Both the position numbers and the translations under genes were made by a program. Source: the human T2T-CHM13v2.0 reference genome, Homo sapiens. Taken from it: a stretch of 64,000 nucleotides of DNA. Below are positions 1 to 13,780 of the stretch, in pieces. The notes beneath the pieces are model-generated. The model saw only the letters and a program-made list of their open reading frames with translations. It was not told where the DNA came from and searched no databases. The stretch lies in assembly GCF_009914755.1 (NCBI RefSeq), contig NC_060934.1. One strand, written 5' to 3'. Position 1 is the first letter of the stretch, and every line of letters starts with the position of its first letter.

Positions 1-494
1 GACTTTGCATTATTTTCCTCTCCATACATATGACTATCAAAGGCAAGATAGGGGAGAGTGCAAGGCAAGAGTTCCCTGCAGTCTTCTCCACTCTACATCC
101 TTTCATATTGTTAAAGTAAATAGGGGAAATTAACAGTTGTGGAGCAGGTTCTCGGATATTTGCTATGAAAACCTACGTATGGTGATTTGGACTTTCAGAG
201 CTATTATATTCTGGCGGTCTTTGATGAAACTTTAATTTTAACCTATTGTTCAATCAGTATCATTTTTTATTGGAAAAACTCATAGGAGAAAAATCAAATA
301 ATTATTTCAATAAATATCAAAAAGGCTTTTGATGAAATTCAACACCACTGCTTGTTAACAAAATTTAAAACTTCATAAGAAGCTAGCATCTGAGGAAGAT
401 GTTTTTATACTGATGAAAGGTGTCTGAAACCTACAGCAAAGGACATATTTAATAATAAAGCACAAACAGAAATGTCACTTACATTCATACTACC

Positions 495-1085
495 CAGAAT
501 TTGTTTTAATCAGTAACGGTAAGACACACAAACACAGAAATGACTGTCATGAGGGAAGTAGTTTATTTTACTACTCACAGTTCCTTAGAAGCTGTGGGCA
601 CAGCACACCACAAGGGGGAGGACAGGGAAACATCAAGGTCAGTCAGGAGGCAGCGTGAATGGGGGAAAACATGGGAAAGAATCTTTATTGCAGTTCCATG
701 GGAGGGAACAAGCAAGTCAGGGCAATCAGGCTTAGCATTGGCTAGTTTAAATATTTCATTGTCTTCTGGAAAGAAGAGGCTGCTATCTGGCCCTGAGGAA
801 ATTAGAGAGGCAGAACAGTGGCCAGAAATGTCAGAGTGATAAGGAAGAATAAAGACTGCAAAAGAGATAAACAGAGATAAAGAAGAATAAAGAGTGAGGA
901 AGAGATGAGAAAGAAGGGGGTATAAACTCTGGGTTGGTTGGATTATATAGGAAAGTCATGCATGCAGGCAAGTTGTTTATTACATCCAGCAATTAGCCTA
1001 TCCTCAGAGGGGCAGTCCCTCCAGGGTCAACAAGGCCCAGATTTCAAAGCATCAAATTCAGAAAATAAGAGACAAGACTAATACA
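495..1085. mobile_element. ERVL-type solo LTR remnant (copy at about 54150-54740)
   Basis: LTR-like block interrupting decayed L1 RT sequence; subfamily not determined. Confidence 0.5.
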
Positions 1086-1464
1086 CCATTAAAGTCAGTA
1101 TTATAATTAATATTATTCAACATTATCCTGGAGTCTCTAGCCAATGCACACAACAGCAAAACCAACAAGGTAACAAATATCTGAATGGAAAAGACAGACT
1201 TTTAAATTCTCAGATGATGTATCTACTTAAAATTTAAAAACCAAGTCAAGCAATCCATTAAAAGCTATTAAGTAGAGAAACTAAAAACTGTCCTGTGTAC
1301 TATATATCAGTGAAGCTCATTTGTAAAATGTAGTATAAAGGGTGATTCAGAAGAGCAACAAGAACTAAAATATTTTTAGAATTGATAGACAATTTCAAAG
1401 TCTATAAGGAAAACTGTAAATGTTTATTGCAGGTATAAAAGAAAACATCAGGAAAAAAGAGGTG

Positions 1465-1915
1465 CAGGTCATCACTGCTCCACCTAGTTCCAATAACTAC
1501 GATTTAATTAAATAACGTGAGTTCCCCAACATGGTTCCAAATTCAGTTGCCATGGTATTTTAACTGTGAGTAATTACGTAAAGTACAAACTTTGTGTGAG
1601 CTCTTCAGTCCACAAATCACAACATAAATAACAGATGCAATCATGATCAGTGACCCATCATCTCTTTCAAATTATGAGGTTGCCAATCACTGCATATTTG
1701 TTACTGAGTTTATAAAGAGAACAAAGTATGTCGTTGTCTTGCCTCTTTGTCTCCCAGTGAGACGCTCACGTGACATTTTACAAAAATGAACAATCAAAAG
1801 AGGGAAGTGGTCAACAAACATGAAACTGCAAACAAAAAAAAAAGAAAAAAAGGGATAACACAAAGTGAAATTCAAATGGAACATAAATGTAGTTATAGAA
1901 GAAATAGTGGCCATT
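1465..1915 (+). mobile_element. TcMar-Tigger (MER47/Tigger5-like) DNA transposon fragment (copy at about 55125-55580)
   Basis: AGCTCTTCAGTCCACAAATCAC...ATCATGATCAGTGACC...CACGTGACATTTTACAAAAATG signature. Confidence 0.7.
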
Positions 1916-2024
1916 CACTGAGGCAGATGTTTGCTCGGTATTTCAATTATTTTTGACAAATAAATCAATTCTGAATCTGACTGAAGCTCTATATTTACAG
2001 AAATACAGGGGGCACAGACACATG

Positions 2025-2795
2025 CTGTGTTAGGTTGTTTTTCTGTTGCTATAAAGAAATACCTGAGGCTGGGTCATTTATAAAGAAAAAAGGTTTAATT
2101 GGCTCACAGGTCTGCAGGCTTTACAGGAAGCATGGTGCTGGCATCTGCTCACCTTTTGGGGAGGCCTCTGGAGGTTTCCATTCATGGCAGAAGGCAAAGT
2201 GGAAGCAGGCTTCTCACATGGAGAGACTGGGACTAGAGAGCAAGCTAGGGAGGTGCCACACACTTTGAAACAACAGATCTCCTGAGAACTCACTCACCAT
2301 CAGTGGGACAGCACCAAGTTATGAGGGATCTGTCCCCATGACCCAAACACCTCCCGCAAGGCCCCACCTCCAACATTGGGGATTGTATCTCAACATGAGT
2401 ATATTAGTACATTTTCACACTGTTATAAAGAAACTACCTGAGACTGGGTAATTTATAAAGGAAGTTTTAATTGACTCATGATTATGCATGGCTGGGGGTC
2501 CTCAGGAAACTTACAATCATCACAGAGGGTGAAGGAGAAGCAAGGCACATCTTACATGGCAGCAGGAGATAGAGAGCGAAGAGGAAATGCCAGACACTTA
2601 TTAAACTACCATATGTCATGAGAACTCTCTCACTATCACAAGAACAGCATGGGGGAACGGCCCCCATGATCCAATCACCTCCCCACAAGTCCCTCCTTCC
2701 ACACATGGGGGTCATAATTCAAGATGAGATCTGGGTGGGGACATAGAGCCAAACCATATCAATGAGATTTGGAGGGGACATCCAAACTATATCAC
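2025..2795. mobile_element. MST LTR with nested THE1/MST LTR (about 2400-2760)
   Basis: MaLR phrases ATAAAGAAATACCTGAGGCTGGG, GCCCCCATGATCCAATCACCTCCC; the outer element resumes at ATGAGATTTGGAGGGGAC. Confidence 0.85.
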
Positions 2796-3035
2796 AGGTT
2801 CAGTAAATAATACCACAGAATGCAATCAGAAAAATGCAGAATGTTGAAATACCACAGGATAAATAATCTGGTTTCTTCAATCGAAACTAAAGGAACCAAT
2901 GGAGTGCAAGTGAAAAAAGATGTAGGGACACATGTAGGTGATATACTCAAAGATATCAAAGGAAGCTTAAGACGTCTTATCATCTAATTTTAATGTATAC
3001 TCCTTATTCAAATCCCAATTAAAATAACCATAAGA

Positions 3036-3345
3036 GGCTGGGCACGGTGGCTCACACCTGTAATCCCAGCACTTTGGGAGGTTGCGGAAGGTGGATCACG
3101 AGGTCAGGAGTTCAAGACCAGCCTGGCCAAGATGGTGAAACCCGGTCTCTACTAAAAATACAAAAATTAGCCAGGCATGGTGGCAGGCGCCTGTGATCCC
3201 AGCTATTTGGGAGGCTGAAGCAGAGAATTACTTGAACCCAGAAGGCAGAAATTGCAGTAAGCCGAAATTGCGCCACTGCACTCCAGCCTGGACAACAGAG
3301 TGAGACTCCGTCACAAAAATAAACAAATAAATAAATAAATAAAAT
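3036..3345 (+). mobile_element. AluS (paralogue at 60478-60795)
   Basis: Full dimer with A-rich tail. Confidence 0.95.
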
Positions 3346-3843
3346 AACTATAAGATAATGCTGATGATAATAATTTACAAGACAATAGGAAAATGTTGAA
3401 AACTGACTGAATACTTCATTTGATACATTAAGAGTTATTGCTAATTTGCCTCAAGGTCATATGATGTCAAGGACTGTTTGTGTTCTAAGTCATTAGCATT
3501 TAGATATGCATATGGAAATATTTGTAGAGGAAATGATACAATGTCTGAATTTCCAAAAAATTGAGGATACGTATATTATACTTCAATTAAGGCAATAAAG
3601 AGGAATATGGAGAAAGTGTGTGGAGGTGTAGATGAAGCAAAATTGGCAATGTATTAATTGTTAGTAAGCTGATTAAATGGTAAATTAGGTTCATTAAACT
3701 ATTAAAATTTTCTCTACCTTAGTAAATGTTTGAAAATTCTATGATAGAGATAAAAAAATCTCTAGGAGCATAATAAAACTAAATATAGCATAATAAAACT
3801 AAATACAGCACTGATATACCCCAAAGTGCTGAGTTTACAGTAA

Positions 3844-4165
<322 letters not shown>

Positions 4166-4468
4166 TCTAATGATCCATTTTGATTACAATGTCATAAGAT
4201 CTTGTAATCATTGAGAATAACTCACGTGCTTTATCAAAAATACCTTATTATTCCATTAAACTTACTGATTAGAACAAAAATCATCATGAAGTTGTTTCAA
4301 AGAATATGTTCCAATTTAATCGGCTAAAAATATTTGCATATATAATCATTATTACCAAATGTGGGATTGGCATCAAAATGTGGAGGATCAAAAATAATTT
4401 CTTAAACAGATTATTCTATGTTGCGTATAATGATAGAAGACTTCTTTAATTTATTTTTCCCAAATTAA

Positions 4469-4582
4469 GCAACTAAGTCTGAGATCTTTAGCCCAGGAAG
4501 GAGTAGGTGAGGCGTAGCCTGCTTCCTTGGCTGTCGAATGCTTCTGGAAAGGATGCTGAAGAACTTGCTGGAGAAGATGCAC
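4469..4582 (-). pseudogene. SELENOOLP: SelO-like terminal coding exon, copy A (VHLLQQVLQHPFQKHSTAKEAGYASPTPSWAKDLRLSC)
   Basis: TTTTTTACCAG acceptor; aligns to YdiU LHRLHEALRNPF...PPDWGKRLEVSCSS; 5-nt deletion removes SS-stop. Confidence 0.88.
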
Positions 4583-4693
4583 CTGGTAAAAAATGTGGGC
4601 AGATAAATATACATTATAATTACTCAGGACCCTGATGAATTTCTACATTTCTAAATGGCAAGGTCAACTTTAAATGTTTAAAAATGTTTATAC

Positions 4694-4955
4694 TTTGGGT
4701 AGCAGAGGCAGACAGATCACTGGAGGTCAGGAGTTGGAGACCAGCCTGGCCAACATTGTGAAACCTTGTCTCTACTAAAAACATAAAAATTAGCCGGGCA
4801 TGGCGGCGTCTGCCTGTACTCCCAGCTACCTGGGAGGTTGATGCAGAAGAATGGCTTGAAACTGAATGTGGAGGATGCAGTGAGCTGAGATCACCACACT
4901 ACACTCCAGCCTGGGCGACAGAGCTAGATTGTCTCAAATCGAACAAACAACAATA
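4694..4955 (+). mobile_element. 5'-truncated Alu (paralogue at about 62948-63210)
   Basis: Alu body lacking its 5' end. Confidence 0.9.
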
Positions 4956-6099
4956 AGAGTTTATACATTTTGTTTTATGAAAAATCTCAACTCTAGTTGT
5001 TACTTAGAATTGCTATTATTCCACAGAAGTTCCTTAAGTACTATTTTTGTACTAAACTAAGAGAAGGAATATGTACACTGTCATGGAGAGTACAAATATA
5101 TTCCCGTCATTTTAAGATCCCTTTACAGCATAAAGAGAATTCTAATTTTCTAAAACATTTAGCGAAAAAAAGAATGTCAATGATTTGCAAGCTTTCCAAA
5201 TGAAGGGCATGAATTCCAGCTCATGCTGCTTCCTCACTGGGAATCTGGCTCTATGATAATAAACTAAGTCATCAACGACACACTTCTTTCAACAATAAAG
5301 CAAAGATTGAAATGTTTATTTTCCGTGGTTTTGCTATTTCTTGGGGCTTACGAAAGAAACGCTTAGTCAGAATAGAGAGGGTGGATGACAATACCATGAA
5401 ATTAAAGGTGAGAGGTGAAGGAGAACATTTTATTGTATCACTAGTATTTTAAATATAAAGATTGCATCTTCATGAATACGGGGCTTTTGGAGCCCATCTT
5501 AGCACTTCTCCCCAGGTACGTTCCATGCCTATCATTTTATTGAAGTTGCTTGTATACCTATCAGTCTCACCTAGTAGTTAAATGGCTCCTCTAGTTGGCT
5601 CTTACATTTCTCTACTGCATCTTGCCTTGAGTCGATTCTAAAGACATGTTTGATGAAAGAAGGTAAATACCAGTCACATGTGAACAGGGCTGCATCTAGA
5701 AAGCTGCTCTATCAACGAAATCATTAGAAAAATATGGTTTACTCAGTGTACAAATTTTAGGAAATTTCTCTATTACACGTGCTAGTTTGAATATGTGTGT
5801 TATTTTCAAAAACATAAAATGAATATATAATTTTTGAATACATGTGTGTATATATATATGATATATATATATATATGTTAACATCACACAGTAGACTTAA
5901 CTCATGGCAAAGATTTTTTCTGAAGCACCTGCAGAAATCAGTCTTCTTTCCAGTTTCGAAAACCCCAACATGGGCGAAAGAGGATCCTTTGGATGCCAGA
6001 TAGTGCATGAAGCACATTGGGTTACAGTAATTTTAATATAGTTCATATTCATAATTCACAGTGAGGAAACCTGAAAGTTTCTCGAAGCTATCAATGAAT

Positions 6100-6300
6100 G
6101 AAAGGTGGGGCAGGGCCGCTGTGGGGGCGGGGCCTTGTGAGCCAGTGCCTGGACTCCCACATCACAAATGGAAGGGCGGCGCGTGGAGGGAACTCAAGGC
6201 CTGATTGGTTCCTCCTAAGCAGGACACGATCTGGCTGGCAGGGCAACTGGCCTTCAGTTAGTGCCTTCAGTGGGTGCCTTCAGTTGGTGGCATTTGGTTG
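6100..6300 (+). promoter_or_regulatory. Promoter-like head of array unit 1 (GC box, inverted CCAAT, MYB-type CAACTG/CAGTTG)
   Basis: GGGGCGGGG at 6124-6132, CTGATTGGTT at 6201-6210, CAACTG at 6244-6249; similar motifs head the other units. Confidence 0.5.
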
Positions 6301-9300
6301 CCTTTCCTGGGGAGAGGTGGCAGGTGCTCAGCTCTGCAGGCGTGGGGGCAAGCGAAGGCCCAAGCTGCTGGAGAAGAACAGAGGTGTCCCATGGGGACCA
6401 CGCTGGCCTGTCGCATGTGCACCAAAGCCAGCCCCAGGCAGGGCCCGCACAGGGCTTCTGCGGAGCCTTCCTGCGGCTCTGACATCTATGAGTGGGCAGC
6501 CAGCAAAGGCGAAGGCCCTAGCACAGAGGAGAAGAGGCGCCCGGAACACGCTGTCCCCCAATGCCAGCCCCAAGCAGGGCCAGCTGAGAGTGCGGTGTTT
6601 GGAGCCTTTCTGAGATCCACGAGGTGGCGGTGGGAGTAGCGCCAGACTCCACTGCTTTGGAGCCTGCCCAGTCTGATTCAGGAGCCTTGACTAGCAGCAC
6701 ATTGGCGACCCGAAGACGCCAAAAGGTAGGGAGGCGACAGATACCTCTTGGTCTTAGGAGCTCCTCTGGCCTTGCTCACCCAAGGTACCCCCAGAGGCAT
6801 CCACAGCCTAGGGCTCCTCCCTCCTGCTCCTAGTTCGCTTTCCTATCCCCTGCCCCAAACAGGAGGACTTGCTCTGACTCGACTCCCCACTCCTTCTTTC
6901 CCTGTTGCATCCAGCCGGTTACTTTTCATTGCTCTGCCCAAATACCCACTTCTGGGCCCTCTTCTTTTCCTAGGCTGGCCAAAAACTAAGTTTTCAAAAT
7001 ACAAATTGGATGCCACCGATTTCATTATGGTAGAGGAAATGTCTGACAGCTCTTGTATTTAAGCTTAAGTAGCCGCATTGGGACTCCCAATTTCACATCC
7101 CGAGTTCTAGAGCAGAGCTCTCTCCCCTAAAGTAATGGCTGAGGGTTAGAGGTACTCTTCCTCATTCTAATAATAAGAAATGATGTTTTGTAGAGACAGG
7201 GTATCATTGTGTTGTCCAGGAAGGTCTCAAACCCTGACCTCAAGTGATTCACCCACATTGGCCTCCCACTTTGTTGGGATGACAGGCAAGAACCACCACA
7301 CCTGGCCTTGGGAGCTGCTCCTGCTTTGTGTGTTTTGGCTGGTGTTCCTGCGCAGCTGTCAGTAAGATGCTCCTGCCGTATTGTTCCAAATCTTCCCACA
7401 CAAATTCAGTGGATGCGGTGATGTTTTACACGGAATAGCCCCTTTATTTATTGAAGAGAAGCTGGACAATTCACACTTAGTAACATATGGCCTAGCAAAT
7501 TTCATTTCTTGATCAACACACCTGTTAAAAGGTGATGCTTGTGGTCTAAATATGCAGATTCCTAATCATCCCCAAGAAAAAGGGAACCACTGCAAGGCAA
7601 CCTGGGAGGGAGTTTAGGATTGTTCTGAGGCAGTGCAAGCCATTGAAATTCACACATGAGGGGGTAGAAAAGAGAATCCACATGTTTTGACCCCTCCATG
7701 TTCTGGGTATAACTTGGTTCTCCTTAACATGCACCATTTTTGGCGACAGAGAAAACTGGATTTAAATCCCAGTTCCATCGCTCTTTATGAAGTGAAGATG
7801 AATTTGTTTTTAACTTGTCTGAGCCTCAGTTTGCTAATCTATAAAAGATGTGATTGTTATGAGGCTTCCATAAGGTAAGTGTGTAAAACCCATGGCAAAA
7901 TGCTTGTAATTTAAAAGAGAGGGTTGTTATCAGGCTTCTATAAGGCAAGTGTGTAAAAATCTGGATACAATGTCTACAATTTTGTAAGTGTTCAATATCT
8001 GGAGAATAAGGATTCTCTTTCTCTCATTTAATTTTTAGGGCAAGTTTATAAAATAAGCGATACTCATATTTTTGAGATAATCAAACCAAGGATTAGAAAG
8101 ACTAACTAAATCACAATAGTCACAAAGCAGTTCAACATACATTTACTGGGTAATTTCTATTTAAAAGTAGCAATGATTATCACATTGAAAATCTTATATT
8201 GTATGGTGGTTTTCTCATACGAAAGCCTCTTGATTTGTTGAAACCATAGATTCTAAGCTGCTCTATCAAAGTGATTATTAGAAAAATGTGATATACTTAG
8301 TGCGTACATTTTAGAAAACTTCTTATGTTAACCTTGTTAATTTGATTGAGCATGTGTGTTATTTTAAAAAATGTAAATCTAATATATGTGTATTGAATAT
8401 ATATATGAATATATGAAATATGACTTGACATTATAGAGTAGGCTCAGCTCATGGCAAAGTTTTTTCTGAAAGCACCTGCAGAAATCTCTCTTATTTCTAG
8501 TTTCTTAATGTTTCAGAGATTACGGGGGGAAGAGGGTTCTATGAATCCCAGACACTGCGCGAGGCAGATTTGGTTTCAGTAATTTTAGCATCATTCATTG
8601 TAAGTTGATGATCCCTAGGAACTTCTTCACAGTGAGAAACCTGAAAGGTCCTAGCAGCCAGCAATGAATGAAAGGTGGGGTGGGGCCGCTGGCAGTGAGG
8701 TTCCTTGTGAGCCATGTGCCTGTGCTCTCAAGTTCCAAGTTTGTGGGGATGCATGCAGGAGATTCTGGACCTGATTGTTTCCTCTGAACCAGGATGCGTT
8801 CTGGTTGGTAGGACAACTGGCCTTCACTTGGTGGCCTTCAGTGGGTGCCCTCATTAGTTGCCTTCAATTAGTGCCCTCAGTTGGTAATCTAAGTTGTTTC
8901 TCTTCAGTTGGTGGTCCTCAGTTGGTGGTCTTCAGTTGTTGGGCAGTGGTGGAAGGAAGATGAATCCGTTTGTGCTCTCTCCTCCCCCAGTCACAACTCT
9001 CAGGCTTGTTGCATCTAGGCCCTTTTAAAATAAACCAGAGATGTTGGCAGGTTTTATTAGCAGACAAGTCAGCTCAGGGTATGGGGGTGACGCGAGGTGC
9101 AGGCCGCTATTGGAGTGCCACCCCATGGCCCAGGGCTGCTCGTGCCAGCAATGCTTTTGCCAGGAAGAGGCGAAAGGTGTTTAGCTCTGTAAACTTGGGG
9201 GTGAGCGAAGGCCCATGCTGCCCGAGAAGACCCCGTGGGGTCCACACGGAACGGTCGCATATGAACCAAAGGCAGCCCCAATCAGGGCTGGCGCAAGGGT

Positions 9301-10669
9301 TCTGCAGAGCTAGCCTGTGGCTCTGATGTCTACGACTGTGAAGTCAGCAAAGACGTAGGCCACGATATACAGGAGCAGAGGAGCCCAGAACACCCTGTCC
9401 CCCAATGCCAGCCACAAGCAGGGCTATCTCAGGATGTGGTGGGTGAAGCCGTCCTGCAGATCTGAGAATCCTGAGGTGGAGGTGGCACTAGCACCAACTC
9501 CACTGCTTTGGAGCCTCCCCAGTCCAATTTGGGAGCCAGCGAGGGACCTGACAGCAGCACATTGGCCACCAGAAGACACCCAAAGGTAGGGAGGTGACAG
9601 ATACTGCTTAAGTTCAGGAGCTCCTCTGTCTATTGCTTGCCCAAGGTTCCCCCAGAGGCATCCAAAGCCTCAGTTTTCTCATCTATAAAAGACGTGATTG
9701 TTCTGAGGTTTCCATAAGGTAAGTGTGTAAAAACCGTGGCAAAATGCTTGTAATTTAAAAGAGGGGGTTTCTATCAGGCTTCTATAAGGTAAGTGTGTAA
9801 AAATCTGGACACAATACCTATAATTTTTTTAAGTGTTCAGTATATGGGAAAGGAGGATTATTTTTTCTCATCTAATTTTCAGAGCAATTTTATAAAATTG
9901 GCGATACTTGTATTTCTTAGACAATCTAACCAATGATCAGAAAGAATAAATAGATAAGCAAGGTCACAAAGTAATTCACAATGCCTTCACTGGGTAATTT
10001 CTAGTTAAAAGTAGCAATGATTTTCACATTGAAAATTTTGTATTATGTTGTGGTTTTCTCTTCCATAATCCTCTTGGTGTTTGAGAAACCAAAGATTCTA
10101 AGTTGCTCTATTAAAGCCATCATTAGAAAAATATGATGTACTTAGTGTGTAAATGTTAGAAAATTTCTTCTGTTACTCTTGTTAGTTTGATTGAACATAT
10201 GTGTTATTTTGAAAAATGTAAATCAAATATATGCGGTTTGGATATATATATATGCATATATGAAATATGACATCATTCTAGAGTAGGCTTAGCTCATGGC
10301 AATGTTTTTTTCTGAAAGCACCTGCAGAAATCTCTCTTATTTTTAGTTTGTTAATGTTTCAGAGATTATGGGGGAAAGGTGATTCTACGAATCCCAGACA
10401 CTGCATGAGGCAGATTTGGTTTCAGTAATTTTAGCATTATTCATTGTAAGGTGATGATCCCTAGGAACTTCTTCACAGTGAGAAACCTGAAAGGTCCTAG
10501 CAGGCAGCAATGAATGAAAGGTGGGCAGGGCCTCTGAAAGGGCGGGGCCTTGTGAGCCACGTGCTTGTGCTCTCGAGTTCCAAGTTTGTGGGGATGCATG
10601 CAGGGGATTCTGAACCTGATTGTTTCCTCTGAACCAGGATGCGGTCTGGTTGGCAGGGCAACTGGCCTT

Positions 10670-10830
10670 CTCTTGGTGGCCTTCAGTGGGTGCCCTCATT
10701 GGTTGCCTTCAGTTAGTACCCTCACTTGGTGCTCTTCAGTTGGTACCCTCAGTTGGTGCTCTTCAGTTGGTGGTCCTCAGTTGGTGCTCTTCAGTTGGTG
10801 CTCTTCAGTTGGTGGTCTTCAGTTGTTGGG
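10670..10830 (+). repeat. 13-14 bp minisatellite (CTTCAGTTGGTG...) in unit 3; shorter versions in the other units
   Basis: About ten tandem degenerate copies visible; fewer at about 6250-6300, 8820-8940, 12530-12655, 14970-15095. Confidence 0.9.
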
Positions 10831-13547
10831 CAGTGGTGGAAGGAGGATGAATCCGTTTGTGCTTTCTCCTGCCCAAGTCACAGCTCTCAGTCTTGTTGTA
10901 TCCAGGCCCTTCTAAAATAAACCAGATAGATCGGCAGGGTTTTTTTAGCAGACTTGTCAGCTCAGGGTATGGGGGTGATGCAGGGTGTCAGCTACTAGCG
11001 CATTACCGACCCATGGCTCAGGGCTGCCTGTGGCAGCCATGCCTTTGCTAGGAAGAGGTGATAGTGGCAAGTGAAGGCCCAGCTGCCTGAGAAGAGCAGA
11101 GATGTCCCATGTGGACCACACTGAACTGTCGCATGTGCACCAAAGCCAGCCCCAGTCAGGGCTGGCAAAGGGGTTCTGCAGAGCCAGCCTGTGGCTCTCA
11201 CATCTACGAGTGTGCAGACAGCGAAGGCACAGGCTGCGATATACAGGAGAAGAGGCACCCTGAACACGCTGTCCGCCAGTGCCAGCCGCAAGCGGGGCTA
11301 GCTCAGGGTGTGGTGGGTGAAACCGTCCTGCAGCTGTGGGATCTACGAAGCGTAGGTGGCAGTAACGCTGGACTCCACTGCTTTGGAGCCTGCCCAGTCG
11401 AATTTGGAAGCCTGCGAGGGAGCTGACCACAGTACACTGGCAACCAGAAGATGCCCAAAGATAGGGAGGCAACGGATACTGCTTAAGTTCAGAAGATCCT
11501 CTGGCCGTTGCTGGCCCAAGTTTCCCCCAGAGACATCCAAAGCCTCAGTTTTCTCATCTATAAAAGATGTGATTGTTATGAAGCTTCCATAAGGTAAGTG
11601 AGTAAAAACCATGGCAAGATGCTTGTAACTTAAAAGAGAGGGTTCCTATGAGGCTTCTATAAGGTAAGTGTGTAAAAATCTGGTCATAATACCTAAAATT
11701 TTTTAGTGTTCAGTATATGGAGAAGGAGAATTATTTTTTTCATCTAATTTTTAAAATGAGTTTATAAGATTGGTGATACTCATGTATCTTTGACAATCAA
11801 ACCAATGATCAGAAAAAAATAAATAGATCACCAAAGTCACAAAGCAGTTCCCAATGCATTCACTGGGTAATTTCTAGTTAAAAGTAGCAATGATGATCAC
11901 ATTGAAAATTCTGTATTATGTGGTGGTTTTCTCTTACATAATCCTCTTGGTGTTATGAAATCACAGATTCTAAGTTGCTCTATCAAAGTGATCATTAGAA
12001 AAATGTGATGTACTTCATGTGTAAATTTTAGAAAAGTTCTTCTGTTAGTCTTGTTAATTTGATTGAACATGTGTGTTATTTTCAAAAATGTAAATGGAAC
12101 ATATGTGGATTGGAGATATATATGTATATATGAAATAAGACGACATTATAGAGTAGTTTTAGCTCATGGCAATGTTTTTTTCTGAAAGCACCTGCAGAAA
12201 TCACTCTTATTTCTAATTTCTTAATGTTTCAGAGATTATGGGGGAAAAGGGGGTTCTATGAATGTCAGACACTGCATGAGGTAGATTTGGTTTCAGTAAT
12301 TTTAGCATCATTCATTGTAAGGTGACGATCCCTAGGCACTTCATCACAGTGAGAAACCTGAAAGGTCCTAGCAGCCAGCAATGAATGAAAGGTGGGGTGG
12401 GGCCGCTGGCAGGGCGGGGCCTTGTGAGCCATGTGCCTGTGCTCTCCAGTTCCAAGTTTATGGGGAGGCATGCAAGGGATTCTGGACCTGATTGTTTCCC
12501 CTGAACCAGGATGTGGTCTGGTTGGCATAACTGGCCTTCACTTGGTGGCCTTCAGTGGGTGCCCTCATTGGTTGCCTTTGGTTAGTGCCCTCAGTTGGTA
12601 CCCTTCGTTGGTGCTCTTCCGTTGTGGGCCTCAGTTGGTGGTCTTCAGTTGCTGGGCAGTGGTGGAAGGAGGATGAATCCATTTGTGCTCTCTCTGTCCC
12701 AGTCACAGCTCTCAGGCTTGTTGCCTCCAGGCCCTTCCAAAATAAACCACACAAGTTGGCAGGGGTTTTTAGCAGACAATTCAGCTCATGGTACGGGGGT
12801 AACCCAGGGTGAGGGCTGCTAGCGCAGTGCCGCCCCATGGCCCAGAGCTGCCCGTGCCAGCAATGCTTTTGCCAAGAGGAGGCGAGAGGCGTTCAGCTCT
12901 GCAGACTTGGGGGCAAGCAAAGGCCCAAGCTGCCCAAGAAGAGCAGGGGTACCCCATGGGGTCCACACTGAACTGTCGCATGTGCACCAAAGCCAGCTCC
13001 AATCAGGGCTGGCACAAGGGTTCTGCAGAGCCAGCCTGTGGCTCTGACGTCTACCAGCGTACAGACAGTGAAGACGCAGGATGCGATATACAGGAGCAGA
13101 GGCACCTGGAACATGCTGTCCCCCAATGCCAGCCACAAGCCGGGCCAGCTCAGGGTGCGGTGGGTGAAGCTGTCCTGCAGCTCTGAGATCCACGAGGTGG
13201 AGGTGGCTGTAGTGCAGGACTCCACTGCTTTTGAGGCTGCCCAGTTGAATTTGGGAGCCAGCGAGGGTCCTGACAGCAGCTCACTGGACACCAGAAGACG
13301 CCAAAAGGTAGGGAGGCGACAGATACCACTTAAGTTCAGGAGCTCCTCTGGCTGCTGATGGCCTAAGGTTCCCCAAGAGGCATCCAAAGCCTCAGTTTTC
13401 TCATCTATAAAAGATGTGATTGTTACGCGGCTTCCATAAGGTAAGTGTGCAAAAAGCATGGCAAAATGTTTGTAATGTAAAAGAGAGGGTTTCTATGAGG
13501 CTTTTATAAGGTAAATGTGTAAAAATCTGGACACAATACCTGTAATT

Positions 13548-13780
13548 TAGGTCACTGCAAACTCTGCTTCCTGGGTTCAAGCGATTCTACTGCCTTAGCT
13601 TCCTGAGTAGCTGGGATTAGAGGCATGTGCCATCAGGCCCGACTAATTTTGTCATTTTTAAGAGAGACGGGGTTTCACCATGTTGGTCAAGCTGATCTCA
13701 AAGTCCTGACCTCAGGTGATCCACTCACCTTGGCTTCCCTAAGTACTGGGATTACAGGCATGAGCCACCATCCCTGGCCA
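13548..13780 (-). mobile_element. Truncated Alu within the array (unit 4/5 spacer)
   Basis: Antisense Alu lacking its tail. Confidence 0.9.

Noticed and set aside
5696-5740. Minus-strand NDFVDRAAF resembling E. coli YdiU DEFIDRAAF
   Set aside because: Immediately followed by a stop, no splice sites or flanking similarity, and it lies in the AT-rich spacer repeated in the array; treated as coincidence.
10670-10830. Short repeats as a CRISPR-like array
   Set aside because: Primate DNA; repeats are directly tandem with no unique spacers.
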